Shown piece after piece: positions 15,314-30,336 of a stretch of 64,000 bases of DNA. A program made the translations under genes and the position numbers. The stretch is from Eledone cirrhosa (Eukaryota). Positions within the stretch are counted from its first letter, which is position 1. Each line of letters starts with the position of its first letter. Location: assembly GCA_964016885.1 (NCBI GenBank), contig OZ024740.1:185132001-185196000 (forward strand), written 5' to 3'. The notes beneath the pieces are model-generated. The model ran no database searches. It was not told the DNA's origin and saw only the letters and a list, made by a program, of their open reading frames with translations.

Positions 15314-17329
15314 CTGTGTGTGTATGTATATATATATATATATGTTTGTGTGTATATGTATATATATATAATTCACTTTAACATATGACATGATGGACTA
15401 AATTAATAAATCGAAAGGGAAATAGACAGAGAGAATGAAATAGTGTGAGAGAATTTGAAATGAAAATGGTTATTTTGATGGATATTCATTAAAAAACATC
15501 AAAAATGATAACATAAACGACAAGGAAATATATGTAAAAAAATAGCTTGATGTTATGATACATTAAAAATTGTCCTTTCTTTCCTTTTAAATATTTTAAA
15601 AAAATTGCAGTATATTTTATTATTTTTATATCAAGGCTTTAAATTTCTTCATTACTTTTTTTGTCCAACCCCCTTTCTCTCCTTTCCTCCCCATTGCTCC
15701 TACTTCATGCACTCAACTATATTCCCTTTAGACCCCACTTCTATTTTATCAAGAATAAAATATATCTCATTCTTCATGTCTTCCCCCATCTCTCTTTTTA
15801 TCAAGAAGTTGATAAATTCTGTTTCCATCAATCTTATAGGCATGTTTTTTACTAAAAGACAAAAACAGAAGAAACAAAACTATTAATATATAAAAAAAGA
15901 ATTTGATATCCTTCAAATATTGATGCAAATTGGCAGACCAGAGTAGGTATGATATGGGTTGAGTTACTGAAGAAATAAATAAACAAATATATAAAATGTG
16001 TGTGTAGATGTGTGTTTGCATGATTGTATGTATGTGTATATATATATCTATATGTATATATACACACTTTTCCTTTTTCTGATATTCTTCTTTCCAGTGG
16101 CTCAGCCTCCAAGGATGTGAGTCACAAACATGCTGTCATGGAGCCATTGTTGGTATGTTTGGTTTGCGGTGTAAGCATAGGTCGGTCCCTTTGATATGCC
16201 ACTCTGAATGACATAAGCAGAGGGATCCACTATGCAGCCAAATTCTCATCACATTTGGAGCCAGATGGCCTCAACCATAATGAGGGTATGTACTCAGATA
16301 GGATAACTCTGTTCCCATTTGAGGGAGAGGTAATCCCTTATCTGTGGTGCTACAAGCTGCAACTCGTTCTCCCCTTCCAAACTTGTTACTTCAGCCACAA
16401 ACCAAACAGAGTAAAGGAGAGTTATCCAAATGCAGGGGTTTGACTGACTGCCTCGTTTTTGCACCAGTCATTGTGGAAACTTCAGTAGTTTTTGATCCCC
16501 AAACTGCTGTTTTCCTCTGGGGAGACTACAACATGTAATACTGACCATTTTCGATGGAAATACCTTCACCATTTTATCTGGGCAGGGTGAGGGGGCACAT
16601 CTAAAACATACAACTCAGATATAGTTGTAGAGTCTGTCACTGCCTCTCCCTTTACCCTTCATTTGTTGCTTGATTTCTTTTTTCATTGTCTTCTTTTTGT
16701 TATTTTGCTTATTTGCTGATAGAAAACAATTTTGGCAATCTGTTTGATTAATAAATTAATAGAGCCTTGTTTATATTTTGTTCTGGTTTTAGTCATTGTA
16801 GTTGTGACCAGTAGATAGTATCAGCAATGGAAAGAGCAATGGAAACATTGTTTCCTTGGTCTGATTTGACAAGTTCCACCTCACACTTTAGGTCTGGGAT
16901 CTTGTCGATCGATTCAAATGAAATTGAAATTCAGTCATTGGACTGCATATAATCTGTAGCATTGGCTCCAATTTGTCTATCATATCAAACTCTGTACATA
17001 TGTTTGAGTCTAGTACATATTTTATAGATCTCTGTTTGTCAAGCTATTATGTTACAGGACATAAATAACAAGATCAGCTTTTTCAGTGATGCAAACACAA
17101 ATGCAGAAATGGACACTGACATAATCATACATACACACACATATGTAGACACACACACACACATGCACATATAGTCGCTGTGCTTCTGTACAACTCCATC
17201 TACCAAATTTCAATCCGAAAGCATAGGTCAACACTGGCCTAAGATGATATGCATTGGGCCCAGCCCAAAGAAAATTTGAAGTGAACTTCTTACCACGACT
17301 ATATGCACACAGACACAGACATGCATATG

Positions 17330-17377
<48 letters not shown>

Positions 17378-17389
17378 CATATATAGGGT

Positions 17390-18110
17390 GAGTAAAATTC
17401 CCGAGATCCATGGACGAGTTCTCTCTAGCAGTCTCTGTCCCTCATCATCGCGGCCATGTCCTGCATCTCCAAGAGACCTGTCTGTCTTTAGGGCATCAAC
17501 ATATGCCAACCTCGGTCTCCCTCTTCTAGTGTATCGATGCTGGTTTAAATGCTAAATGGCTATAAGGTGCAGGTCATCTACATAGAGAGTTTCTAATGTT
17601 TATAGCCTGGAGAACTACAGTGAATAGTAGTGGGCTAAGAACCGAACTCTAATAAATTCCTACTAGTATTGGGTATTTCTCACTAAACTCACTTTCTATT
17701 CTCACTTTGACAGCTCCTCTGTATATGGCTTGCACTGCTCTAACCAACCATTGTCCTACACCTAATTTCCTTAAGGACCACCATATAATAGATCAACAAA
17801 AGCTAGATATAGTGAGTTGTTTTCCGCTAGCAATTTCTTTTGTAGTTTCCCACTAAAAATAGAGCACCTGTGGTACTTTTCCCAGGCATGAAAACAAACT
17901 GCATCTTGTCTGATTTGACACTTTCTCTAATTAATTTCACTATAAGACCTTCCATCACTTTCATAACTTGGTCCATTAGCTTTATTCCTCTATAGTTGCT
18001 CCTCTCTTTGACCTTGTATCAATTTACGATTGTACTGCTGCACAAACCATTGGGTATGACACCATCTTGTATTACTTCTGATGCTTTTAGCATCTCACCA
18101 GCTCTCTCTG
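17390..18110 (-). mobile_element. Two abutting degenerate RTE LINE fragments (a 3' end, and part of an RT domain)
   Basis: TRRGRPRLAYVDALKTD at about 17480-17530. IIWWSLRKLGVGQWLVRAVQAIY at about 17720-17790 is homologous to the 37.6-39.5 kb ORF. Confidence 0.75.
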
Positions 18111-18123
18111 ATTTTCCCACAGT

Positions 18124-18420
18124 TCATCATCATCATCATCATTTTACGTCCGCTTTTCCCTGCTTGCAAGGGTGGGACGGGAACTGATTCTGGCTTGATT
18201 TCTACAGCTGGATGCCCTTCCTAACACCAACCTCATTTACAGTGTGGGCTGGGTGGTTTCTTTGCCGTGGCACCTCCACGACCATTTTGCAGCTGAGTAA
18301 ACTGGAGCAATGTGAAATAAAGTGTCTTGCTCAAGGAAACAACACATCACACGGTCTGAGAATTGAACTCACAACCTTTCAATTCCAAGGCCAGTGCTCA
18401 GACCACTAAGCCATGTGCCT
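18124..18420 (-). mobile_element. tRNA-head SINE with CORE-like body and RTE-derived 3' tail
   Basis: Reverse-complement copy of 35646-36000, ending in a (GAT)n tail. Confidence 0.85.
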
Positions 18421-18429
18421 TCAGTTCAT

Positions 18430-18466
<37 letters not shown>

Positions 18467-19016
18467 TGCGCATGAAAGACGGCAGCTGTATAACAAAGTG
18501 CAGGGCAATAAAGTTAGGCGGTAGCCACGGAGTAGGCAGACGCTGATAAATTCCGACCTCACACACTTACACCTCTCCAAGACAATGTCACTGGACCGAG
18601 ACCTTTGGCGGTACTCAGAAATAGAGAAGACCCGCCTTACCTAAATACAAAGTAAAACCTACTTCAGTCAGTAGGCATCTCTAACAAAATACACCCCCGT
18701 CACCACCCTCACCCCATCCACACCGCCCCTTTCAATGTAAAGTTATGTTGGTGCCACAACATCCAGGCCGAAGCAAATGAGATCGTGTAGGTGTCACGAC
18801 AAAAAAACACAGAGTCCACGCTGTAATGTGGCCGTGTAGGCAACACGGTAAAAACCTCCCAGCCCCACACTGTAAATGTGGTTGGTGTTAGGAAGGGCAT
18901 CCAGCTGTAGAAAACCGCCAGACAGTCCTATGCGAGCAATGACAACAACTCTTGCCTCAAGTGGGAAAACTCCCGTCCAAACCCATGCAAGCGTGGAACA
19001 TGTACGTTAAACGATA

Positions 19017-19047
<31 letters not shown>
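18467..19047 (+). mobile_element. RTE LINE 3' end (ORF end plus 3' UTR), same family as 37070-39850
   Basis: High similarity to the reverse complement of 37070-37655; (GAT)n tail. Confidence 0.9.
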
Positions 19048-19048
<1 letters not shown>

Positions 19049-19070
19049 ATATATATATATATATATATAT

Positions 19071-19814
19071 AAACGGAAACAATGAAACGGAATTTCATTT
19101 CCCACTCTTAGTACGGCTGTTACTTAAATATAAGTATGTACACGTACATGCATATATGTATACAGACGTACAGTAGTATGTATATATATGGATTCACCGA
19201 ACATTTATTATAATGCTCGGTGTGTTTGTAAACAAACATCCCGTATTAAGCCGTAGTGTCTAGCAACCATCGTTGCTCGTTTGTTCAACACTGACAAAGG
19301 AACGCTGTACTAGTTTGAAGCTTATTAGCTATCGTCAGCAACGTATACCTTCCTGCCAGATTGTTGAACGTATATACTTACCTTATGCATATTAACGGCT
19401 GAGTAGCCCAATTTGCATATCGAGTGGGTTAATCGGCCGGGTGCACCGAAAACGATAAACGGAAAAAATGAAACAAAATTTCATTTCCCACTCTTAGTAC
19501 AGCTGTTACTTAAATATAAGTATGTACACGTACATACATATATGTATACAGACGTACAGTAGTATGTATATATATATACACATACATGCACACATATATA
19601 TACATGTACGCTCCTTTGCCAGTGTTACAGAAACGAGCAATGATGGTTGCTAGACACTACGGCTTAATACGGGATGTTTGTTTACAAACACACCGAGCAT
19701 TATAATAAAAGTTTGGTGAATCCATACGTACATATATATATGTGTGTATGTATATATATGTACATACTACTGTACGTCTGTATACATATATGTATGTACG
19801 TGTACATACTTATA
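19071..19814. repeat. Fold-back structure with direct and inverted duplications
   Basis: 19071-19190 is directly repeated at 19457-19576; 19128-19304 is inverted at 19609-19814. Confidence 0.85.
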
Positions 19815-20079
19815 TATATATATATAGTGGTTAGAACACTGGTCTTGCAATCGAAAGGTTGTGAGCTCAATTCTCAGACCGGCTGATATATCATCTTCAT
19901 CATCATCTCCGTTTAATGTCGACTTTCCACGCTAGCATGGGTTATGTATATATATATATATATATGTAAGCACAGACACACATATGTGTATAGTACAACC
20001 AATGATAAAGCTTGCATAACTTAAGCAGGCTATCATAGTTACAAAATAGGGTGTTTATTTTTATCATATGTACATACAT

Positions 20080-20560
20080 ACTGGTAACATGTAACCCAAT
20101 ACAACCTGTGCATGTTCAGGTCATTGGCAACTGAACTGGCAACACCACCAAGCTTGGTTGGTGAAGAGGGTGATTTTGGCCAGCCTGCCGGATGAAAAAC
20201 AAGACCCGTGAAAGGGCAGAGGAACTCGGGAGAGTCAATGGCCAACCTATACATTTTTTTTCTTTTTCAGTGTAGCGAGAGACTCCTAGTCTTCTTTAAC
20301 ACACCTCTCTAGTAGATCACTCTGATATAAAACCTACATTTTTGTTTGCATCCAATGATGTAGACCAGTTCTACTTTTTGGGCAAATGCATTTGATGTTT
20401 AGAGAGTGGGAGTGATCCCATGCAAAACCTTTCCTCACTTAAACAACCTCCAAGCACAGGCATTGCTTCATATGTGACATTTTTTGTGATGCAAGTCCCT
20501 AGCAGGACTAAAAAGCCACATCCATGATGCTCATGCTTAAGTATCAAGTGATGTCATTAT
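20080..20560 (+). mobile_element. RTE 5'UTR-like non-coding repeat, diverged copy
   Basis: Homologous to 36225-36820 (tactggtaacatgta...aactggcaac...aaagggca...gagtcaatggcca...ctctgatataa). Confidence 0.65.
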
Positions 20561-21409
20561 TTCAAATCAAGTTGTAGCCATTATGTATGTGTGTATGTAT
20601 CATTATGATTATCATCATCATTTAATGCCTGCCTTATTTGTTAGCAAGGGATGAATGGGTTTTCACAGACCGAATCACTACTGAAGGTTCCTCCCAACCA
20701 ATTGAATGGCTATTTATATGTATATATATATATATATTTAAACAACCAACCAATGCTACAACCATGAACACCTCCATTACTCTTATAATAATAGCCAATG
20801 CACCTTTTATTATTGCAGCTAAACTAGCAACCACAGAGCTGCTCTCAATATCTCACCCACCTTCTCCGTATTAGTAGTATAAACGTTATCAATACCTCTA
20901 ATTATAGAAACCGCTGCACTCCTATCTATATAAACATATTGGTTGTATATCTGTGTGTATATATGCAAAACTGAGAAATGCATTGCATATGCACACAATT
21001 AATGTATATTCTTGAAATGGTGATAGTGATCCTGGTTTTAATTTGAGCTCTAAATATTTTCATCATAATCATTATCATCACCACCATCATTGTCATCATA
21101 TACTTATCACTATCTTCAACCCATCCTAATTATTATCATCATCATCATCTCCATCATAATTATCGGGAAAAATTGTCATGTTTTTTTTTTATACCTTCTT
21201 TAATTTTTATGTATTTAATTATTCATAACACCACAGATTTCAATATCACATATACAACAATGATAAAAAGGAGTGTGTATATTAACATCGATTTCCTGAA
21301 AGCATGAAAAATCAGCAAATCAATAAATTCCTATTGATGATTAATAATCATAAATATTCAAGTTTAGTTTGAATTTAAACCGTAGTAAAGGTGAACATCT
21401 CTAACATCT

Positions 21410-21635
21410 TTTTCTTTGCTCACTAGTTCTTGAAAGGGTGGTTGGGGCAGAGTCCTCAGACACTCCTTCCAAAAGGTCATGTCAGAAGCAGTTGTCTCCA
21501 ATTGATCCGACTCGATCCCCACGTGAGATCAGCTGAGTTCATGGATGTTATCTAGACTGTTTGCTCAATCGATTGCTGGTTTTGCTTATCAAATCTGTTC
21601 AGCAATTCTTTGCTGAGACATTGTTACCACATGCC
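21410..21635 (-). mobile_element. Expander/Rex3-like RTE 3' fragment (related copies at 29190-29410 + and 48670-49070 -)
   Basis: The three copies are mutually similar. Translations include GHVVTMSQQRIA, WLDSTHELGWSHLGIQP and IRDSLKVEPLFLQIERSQL. Confidence 0.65.
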
Positions 21636-23180
21636 TGTAATTCATGTAAACAATTTCTTTAACATAACTATATTACTAATGATCAATTTATTAATCATTT
21701 TCTTCCCAAAATAATGAAATGTAAATTTGAACTTAATAAAATTTGAAATTTGAAAAATAATGCACTGCTTCATATCTAATATGATAGTTTTTCCTAATTC
21801 TGCCACCCACTGTGTATGTTTCCTTAATTTCCAGTGTTTACTATGTCCTGCCATCACTAGCATTTACAATGTAGCAAAGTCAGAACCAATTCTATTTCTG
21901 TAAAGTGGTTGTGTAGGTGTCATAACAAAAAGCTTCCAGCCCACACTGTAAAGTGGTCATTTAGGAGTCATGACAAAAAATACCCAGCACACTCTGTAAA
22001 TGTGGTTGGCATTAGGAAGGGCATACAGCTGTAGAAATCTAGCCAGAAACAGTTCTGTATTAGCAGGATATGGTCACCTCACTCAAGCTGCCTCAAATGG
22101 GACTTCCCATCTAACCCATGCTAGCATGGAAGGAGGACTTTAAATAGCAATGATGATGATATTAAATCATAGACAACTGAATTTAGATAACCAGCATTGA
22201 TTCAAATGCTTTGGTGTTCATAGATATCTATAGGCACAGTGATAAGACTAGTATGAACCCATTTATTTTTCTATGTCACAGGCCAATTATGCCACATCAA
22301 TAGAAGTTCTATCATTTCATGAATGGATTATTTGGCTGCATCGTAGAATTTTAGTTGAACTGCAAGAAAAGCTACTTCTAAGAGTTTGGTGAACCAATCT
22401 AGTAGAATGTTTGCCTTTAATTTGGAGATAAACATAGTCCTGCGGATTTGCGGGGTCATATTTATATTTATAAATTAAAACAAAGCCAGGGATCAATTTT
22501 GTCATTAAATTCCCCTTGAGAATAAGTCAAAAGAGTTGAGCTGATAATATAACAACACCTCTTTAAAATAAATTGCTTTGTATTGATACCAATGTGAGAA
22601 ATTTAAGATTAATTTCAACTTTCTGCACAAATCAATAAAATAAGTACCAGTAATATATTTATCACACACCAGTGAGCTATACAATCTCTTTTCAAAATTG
22701 AACTTGCAACTAAATCAAATGAAATCAATTTTGAAATAGCAAAAGAAAAAGTAACAACAAACTAAAGTTAAAATTTATAAATATTCAAGAAATATTATTT
22801 AAAAAAAACCTCATCTTTAAGATGTGCTAAATGAATTTTTTTTTTTTTTTTTCCTGATATCTACTCTTAAAAATCTACAACGGAAAACTATTATTCTGTT
22901 AAGAATTTTAACATCTTTTTCTAGTTTCCTTCTTTTCTTACAAAAATCAATCGCTATTTCATCTGACAATCAATACTTTGTTCCTTCCAACTACAGGCAG
23001 ACTTAGTAAATTAATCGAAATGACAGACTGACATTCTAGATGAACTGAGATGATGAATGATATCTAGAAATGAATCTGCCAATGCTGCTACTGCCTCTCC
23101 TATGTAGAATTTTGTCTATAATTACTTCTACTGATGACATGTAATTTATACATATGTACACTCACACACATGCATGCACA

Positions 23181-23217
<37 letters not shown>

Positions 23218-23795
23218 TGTGTGCATATATATATTAATGCATTGATGATGATGATCTAGTTTAAATTGTGAATCATAAGAGGTGATTAAATGGGCTAGAA
23301 TTAGGAAAGGTACTGAATGAAGGATGCATATGCTACTTATAAAATCAAGATTATATTTGGTATTAATAGGTACTGTTATTTCAAGTTTTTGACAAATCTA
23401 TCAGCTTTGTGAATAAAGTAAGTTTATTAGGTTCACTTGTTGTTCATGTGAAAAAATGACCTCATGACATAGTGTGGATAACATAAAATCTACATTAGTT
23501 TATTTAAACAGTGTTTTGTTGCATGTTGTTGAAACATATAACATGCAATATTTGGATTTAAAACATCACTAACAGAGTATTAGTAACGAATTTAGAGATG
23601 TAGGACAAAATAACATACAAAATATAACAAGAAATAACCAAAGAAAAGGATATGAGCAGTTGTGTAATTGGCAAATATATTTATAGAAAAATATCATGAT
23701 TCGGTTTCTTTTTTAATTTTATTTGTTTCCCATATTGTAAATCTGTACACTTCAGCTTGAAATGCACAGTTTATACATGTAATTATATGTCACAT

Positions 23796-24182
23796 ATCAT
23801 CATCATCATCATTTTACGTCCACTTTTCCCTGCTTGCAAGGGTGGGACGGAAACTGATTCTGGCTTGATTTCTACAGCTGGATGCCCTTCCTAACACCAA
23901 CCTCATTTACAGTGAGTGCTGGGTGCTTTTTTTTCGTGGTGCTTACACGTCCACTTTACAGTGTGGGCTGGGTACTTTTTTGCCGTGGCACCTCAACGAC
24001 CACTTTGAAGTGGAATGATAGGAACCCCATTCCTGTCATCACATTTCTACATCTGAGTAAACTGGAGCAATGTGAAATAAAGTGTCTTGCTCAAGGAAAC
24101 AACACATCACTCGGTCTGAGAATTGAACTCACAATCTTTTGATTGCAAGCCCAATGCTCTAACCACTAAGCCATGTGCCTCC
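23796..24182 (-). mobile_element. tRNA-head SINE with RTE-derived tail, full length
   Basis: Reverse-complement copy of 35646-36000. Confidence 0.88.
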
Positions 24183-24372
24183 ATATGTATATCTAAATGT
24201 TTAAAGTCTGTCTTCGGCCCAGAGGTTCATCAGGCCAGTGTTTATCATGGTTTACATGAGATTAAGCATCCTGTCCCCCAATGGACAGGATGACAGTCCA
24301 TTGCAGTATTAAATCTCCAGTTACTGCTTGTACTCATTTTCAGCTGAATATACTGGAACAATTGTGGTCATT

Positions 24373-24612
24373 TCACAATTCCCTCAACATCTGGGTAAGA
24401 GTGGTGTGTACATGTATTCTACAGTTGTTACTGTTCCTCAGCATTTGCTATTCCAGCTAAGGTTGCACTATAGGTAAATATGGTTTCAACAAGATCAGTT
24501 TGTTTACCAAATATATAAGACTTTTGGCATAACTGAGTAACCGTTGACAAACTGTAGCAACAATGAAATACATGTACACACCACATTTACACAAATGTCA
24601 AGGTTGTTGTGA
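24373..24612. mobile_element. Degenerate MITE with about 60-bp inverted repeats
   Basis: Core gtggtgtgtacatgtatt / aatacatgtacacaccac is a perfect 18-bp inverted match within longer imperfect arms. Confidence 0.65.
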
Positions 24613-26746
24613 GACTTATTGAATTTTTATTATGTGCAAACTTATAATTTATAGGTCCATATATGACTTTATTATGGTAAAATCTATATTTCTATATTTT
24701 CTAATATAGTACATATATTACGAAGAAATATATATTGGAATTTCAAAAATACTTTTCAATGTTATTAACATAATTGTTTCTACTTTTAGCACGAGATAAT
24801 GGCATTGTATTAGATGAATCATTTCAGTGCTTGAGAAAATGCATTTGAATATATGGTTGTGGAGGTTGATAAATATAATTGACAGTTCCTCCTCCAAGAA
24901 TAATGTTAAGAATTAAGATATTGTGTACAAATTGCTGGTAAACAAATGTTGTATAGAATATGGTTTTATCAAGGAAGTTATAAGATATACATTAACATAA
25001 CTATGATTAATTTTGGTGTTGGCCATTTATCAAAATCACCATCATTATAATCCTCATTGCTGTTTTACCATCAGTGTTTATAGATTAAATAACTCCCTTC
25101 CAGTATATCATCTCTCAAATCGTTTCTTCCCTTTATCATCTGCATTGTGTTACAGTTTCCTGAGATCGGCTTTCACCACCTCGACCCACATCTTTTTTGG
25201 TCTTCTGCATCTGAAGCTTCCTTCTTCTTGGAACTCCTGAGATTTCTTCACCCAATTATTATCATAATGCACTCTGTCTCCAAACTTATTTATTCTCAAA
25301 AACTTATATATTCTCTTTTCATTTATTTTGTAACTCAGCAAACGTTTTGATTTTATCACTAGTCTTGTCACTGAGAAAATTCTATTCCAGCTGGTGGACG
25401 CTTTTGTAGGTCTCAGATTTATTTCTTTGGTGAACTTATAAATATATGGGTTTGTCTTATAAACAGGGAGAAAAGTAAAACCTAGAAGTGACCAATTATG
25501 GCCAGTATCAGGAGGTCAAATGACAACTATACAAGAAAACCATCAGTTCAACATGGGCTGGATAAAATAACTCACCATTAACGATTTTTTTAATGACTCA
25601 AGCAGGAGTTTGACAATGTCACAGTGGCATGATGAAAATGTTGATACCTCATGAAAGGAAAAAAGAAAATAATAGGATTTTACATGTCTTTATATTCCTA
25701 AAATGTTTCTTCCTTGATATACTTGCTTCAATTTCCACACTTGGTCTCAGACTAAGGTACTTGTCAAACAAGTACATACTGGAATTATATTTTTTATTTA
25801 TTCATATATTTCCTTTACTTTGTAGACTTAAACTATCACTCAATTTAACCACAGAACCTGGCCCTTGGAAGCCTTTAACAGAGTCCTTCTCTTGGATGCA
25901 TTTGGGCTTGGTCTTCTGTCTCAGGATATTTTATCTGACTAGTTTTGAAGGTCGTAGTCATCAGGGGTTATGGATAATGCTCTTTATGCTCTACCTTCTT
26001 TTTATATCATCATGTATAATAGCTTGACAAACACTATTTGGTTCTCATAGAATTGTTACAAAGTGGATTTTCTTTCTCTGGAGTATTTTGCATCTTGAAG
26101 CAGACAAGTTCATCACACCTCCCTGGAGATTCAGAAGATGAAGAGCTAGAACAAATACCTTTAGATAATTTGGTTAATTCTCTAAGAATTCCTTCAAACA
26201 ATTGACTTTGACTAATACTTTATCTTATTGACCCAATAAACGCTTAGATCCTTTTGAGGTTAAGAAATGTATGATTTACTGACTACTATGTGTATGATTT
26301 TAAACATTACAATATCTTTTTGTGTTGTGTCCCTGAAACTGATTCTCTGTGAAGGTTTCTTCAAATTCACTATTCAGTGAGAACATTTACTAGAAAAGAA
26401 ATAAACATGTTGCTGATATTAAGTGAATGTCCTAAATTGCAAAGCTAGTCAACTCTTATTGTTATGTAATCATTCATTATAAAAACAGTGATGAAGAAAT
26501 ATTTAATCTAATATTATTTCTAGTTGTGCATCCGTATAGGCAGCCATTCCCTTGTTCTTTTTGTTCTTTACATATGTGCATATGAGTGTGCTTCAACTAC
26601 TAGTTCATCTAATGCATTTTCCATTGAATAACATTTTCATAACAAAGAATATTGGTAATCATATTCAATGATAAATTTATGTATCTAGTGCATATTTAAT
26701 ATTCAACATGAATGTATTGAAACTGATATGGCCCATAGTTTTTTCA

Positions 26747-26961
26747 CCCTTTAACATTTACTCTATATTTACTATTATATTTTCATGGTAAAGTCTTTAC
26801 CTCACATAATTCTCCCACACAATATCGAATCTATGAGATTTCAACATTATTTATTTTAAGAACAATACCTTAACATCAGTTGAGTGGCCTGTTATGGCTG
26901 GTTTGAACAGAAAGAGTTGAGAGAATTCTAGCCAGAGACAGTTGGTTTAAATGCTAAAGGG
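26747..26961. mobile_element. piggyBac-type MITE
   Basis: ttca|CCCTTTAACATTTA ... TAAATGCTAAAGGG|ttaa: CCC/GGG termini, 13/14 TIR, TTAA target with the left copy mutated. Confidence 0.7.
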
Positions 26962-29536
26962 TTAAAAGGAAATATATTCAGATATATTTAAAGTTTTATT
27001 GTGGAATTAGCAAATCGGTTATTTGATCAAACAAGGGTTTATATTCTTATTTTGTTTTTGTTCATTAGGGAGGGAAGAGCAGTGCCTATATTACCTTTCA
27101 GGGCTTCCAACCCGGGAGTAAGGGAGAGAGAATTGTGTCAACAATCCAGAGATCTGATTTGGACACTTGCAAAAAATAGGACGTTTATAAAGGCACTGAA
27201 TAGCCAAATGGTGATGTAGGACCGGGCAATGGATTAAATCTAATCTTCCCCACTCATCCAAGTTGGTTGCAGCAGGAGTTAAACTTAGAATGCAGAAAAA
27301 AAGAAAACATTTTTGACAAAGCATCTTATGAATGCTCTAACAATTCTGCCACTTGGACTGCCATTGGACTACCACTTTATTTTATCCACACAAATATTAT
27401 GACAAGCAAAGTGAATCTCAGCAAGATTTTAATTCAAAATGCAGAGACCAAATACCACAAGGTATTTTACCATACATTCTTACAACAGACAATTGTGAAC
27501 AAATAAAAAGAACTGTGAATTTTTACACATTTGTAAAACCTTTTGTTGGAATGAAATTTTAAAAGATCTGCTATATATATATATATTTAATTCCAGATAA
27601 AAACATGTATATTTGATTCTGAATATTATTTCATTGACCTTGACAAATATTTCTTTGCCCTATCCTTACTTTCATTCCATTTTAGAGTATTTTCTCTGGT
27701 AGAAAGCCTATAATAGTGTGTGTATGTGATTCTATAAATACCATTCCTATTGTTTAGTAAGATTCATGAATAAAATATATTTCATTCTAAACATAAATTC
27801 ACATAGCTTTGTTGATTTCAATTTATGAATAATTCTGTTTGTCAAAGATATGAAAAAAAAAATAAATAACGGAAAATATATTGTACTTTTCAAATCAAAA
27901 ATTCTCTGTAAGAATGAAAACCTACTCGCTTCCACTGAGATTCTACAAAAGGAAATACTAAACTTTAGTTAGCATTTAGAACTAGTTGTAAATAGAATTG
28001 GTAGATGATTTTAAACATTTGTTAGAAACTTTCAATATCAAACCTGACTACACACTTACATTGCTGCCAACATCAATACTATTCCTTGAATTTATATATC
28101 CTCTACTCTAACTCTGTATTTTTCAAGAAATTAGACATATCATATATGCATGTGTGTATGTGTGAGTGTTGCTTCTATATATCTTGTGAGACCTTCAAAT
28201 GTACTGCACAAAGATGCAGGCCTAGGCAAAGATTTTTTTTAAGAGACCAACTGTCACTCATACATGCGAGTCACATCTCTCCATGCTACTGATATTGTCT
28301 AAGGGGAAATAAAGGGCCAAACAGCCTGGTAGCAATTATGTTGCAGGCAAAACCAGAACACAAAGGGACAAAATTTATACCACAAGGCATAATGTGTGAC
28401 ACTCCCATAATTTAACCAATTCTCTACTCTTGGCCTGTATTTTATCAATCCTCAAAAGATAAAAGGAAAAGTTAATCTGAGAAGGAGTTAAACTTAGAGA
28501 GAAAAGATTTATAACAAGTATCATGAAGAGGGCAATTTATCCAATACATTAATGACTCTGCCAAGTTGTTTTCTTTATGTATCATCATCACCTATCAAGT
28601 ATTTTCTTTTTTTATATTGTGATACACACACATATATCTATATAAATACACACTTTTCTATACAGACACTCACATTATTACGTATACTCTAATGAATATA
28701 TCTTGTTAAGCAATCAACATTTAAAAAATCAAACAATATATATTCATATATGTTTTCCTCATCGTTTTACATATGCTTTTCCAGGTTGGTATATTTATAT
28801 ATACAATTTATAGACAAAATCCAGAATGACTGTGACTTCAAAGTGTTGATGAGAAGAGCTTGTCAGTCAAAATGTCTGGGAAGCCATTCTCAGTGAAAGT
28901 TTCAAGTCATGGTAACTCTGTATTTTTGTTTTAAAAAATATTCACTTTCTAGAACTGTATTGAGAAAAATGTTCAATTAATGTTATCTTTTTTGCAAAAT
29001 AAAATTTGAACTTATAAATAACAGCAACAAAGGTAAATACTCTCAACTATTTAGTTATGCCTTATACTCATTTTTTCCAGTGAAGTAGATTATAACTCAG
29101 AACAAATACTGCAAGGCATTTTGTTTGGTGTTGTAGCATTTCTCCCAATGCTCCCTGCTGGACTGGTATTTTATTTATGAATCCTGATACCAACCAGCAA
29201 TTGACCCAAGGTTAGACCCTGAGCAAAATGGTTGGATAGCACCCATGAGCTTGGCTGGTCACACTTGGGGATCCAGCCGAATCCCTTAGAGATGGTTACC
29301 CGAATCAGTTGGAGACGGTTGCTTCTGACAGGACCCATTGGAAGGAGTGTTTGAGGACTCTGCCCCGATGAACCTCTCGGGAAGAAGTGGGTGAAGAAAA
29401 AGAAGAATATGTAAAGGATGAAAAATATAATATTATGATAGTGGAATTTGAACTCGTATATCAGAGAGCCAAATCAAATAATGCACACAATTGACATAGT
29501 TATGGATGACAATAAAAGGATTACAGACCAACTTAC

Positions 29537-29620
29537 CAAGGTAGAAGTTTTGCATATTACTGTGTTAGAAGCTGCAATTCTGCTTGGTTTAATACTGTCT
29601 TGACAACTGCCTTCTAGATC
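29537..29620 (-). pseudogene. Candidate exon, open frame, 84 nt
   Basis: ttatctag|...|gtaagt; DLEGSCQDSIKPSRIAASNTVICKTSTL, phase 0-0. Confidence 0.4.
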
Positions 29621-30336
29621 CTAGATAATGAGCTAATGATGATGAATAAAGTAAAGCTAGTTCTTGGTTAATTTATGTATATGATATGCATGTGTCAATA
29701 GAAGTAATAATCCTTGTAGCAATACGTGTTTTATTAAATTATAGCGAAAAGAAAACTTACTCTTGCTGCTACTAAGGATTTCACTTCAAATTAATTATCA
29801 AAATTAATTACCATGACAAGTGGAGAGATGCTGTGCTGAATAGGACCCGTCCAACCCTTGCAAGCAGGGAAAAGCGGACGGAAAATAATGATGATGATAG
29901 GAATTAAATTATTAATAATCCTTTTTTTCCAGACTTTAGTCATTTAATTCTGGCTGTGCTCATGCACCACCTCAAGTGTTTTAGTTAATCATATCGATTC
30001 TATTACTTATTGTATTTGATAACTTTCTTTATCAATATTTATTTACCAAATGGCTAGGATAACTCCTTTTGACACCACGATGGTATTATACCAGTACACA
30101 TATGTACAAACATAGATACAGACACACACATACTTCATTAACACCATCAACATTACCATTCACCATCACATTACCATTTAATGTTGGCTATACCAGGCTG
30201 ACATGCATTGGATAGGTTGTCACAAACCAGGCTACTTAATTAAAGCTACTCACCTCTTCAGTAGACAGGGCTTCTGCCTCTCATTTACATACATTGAAGC
30301 ATTTTAGAGACTGTACTATGTGCATTATATTATGGC

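Noticed and set aside
17541-17567. Similarity to the piggyBac MITE right end (tttaaatgctaaa)
   Set aside because: The match is short, has no partner TIR and lies at the junction of two RTE fragments.
28825-28912. TTGATGA...GAAAG possible hammerhead
   Set aside because: The core is imperfect and the stems do not close correctly around it.
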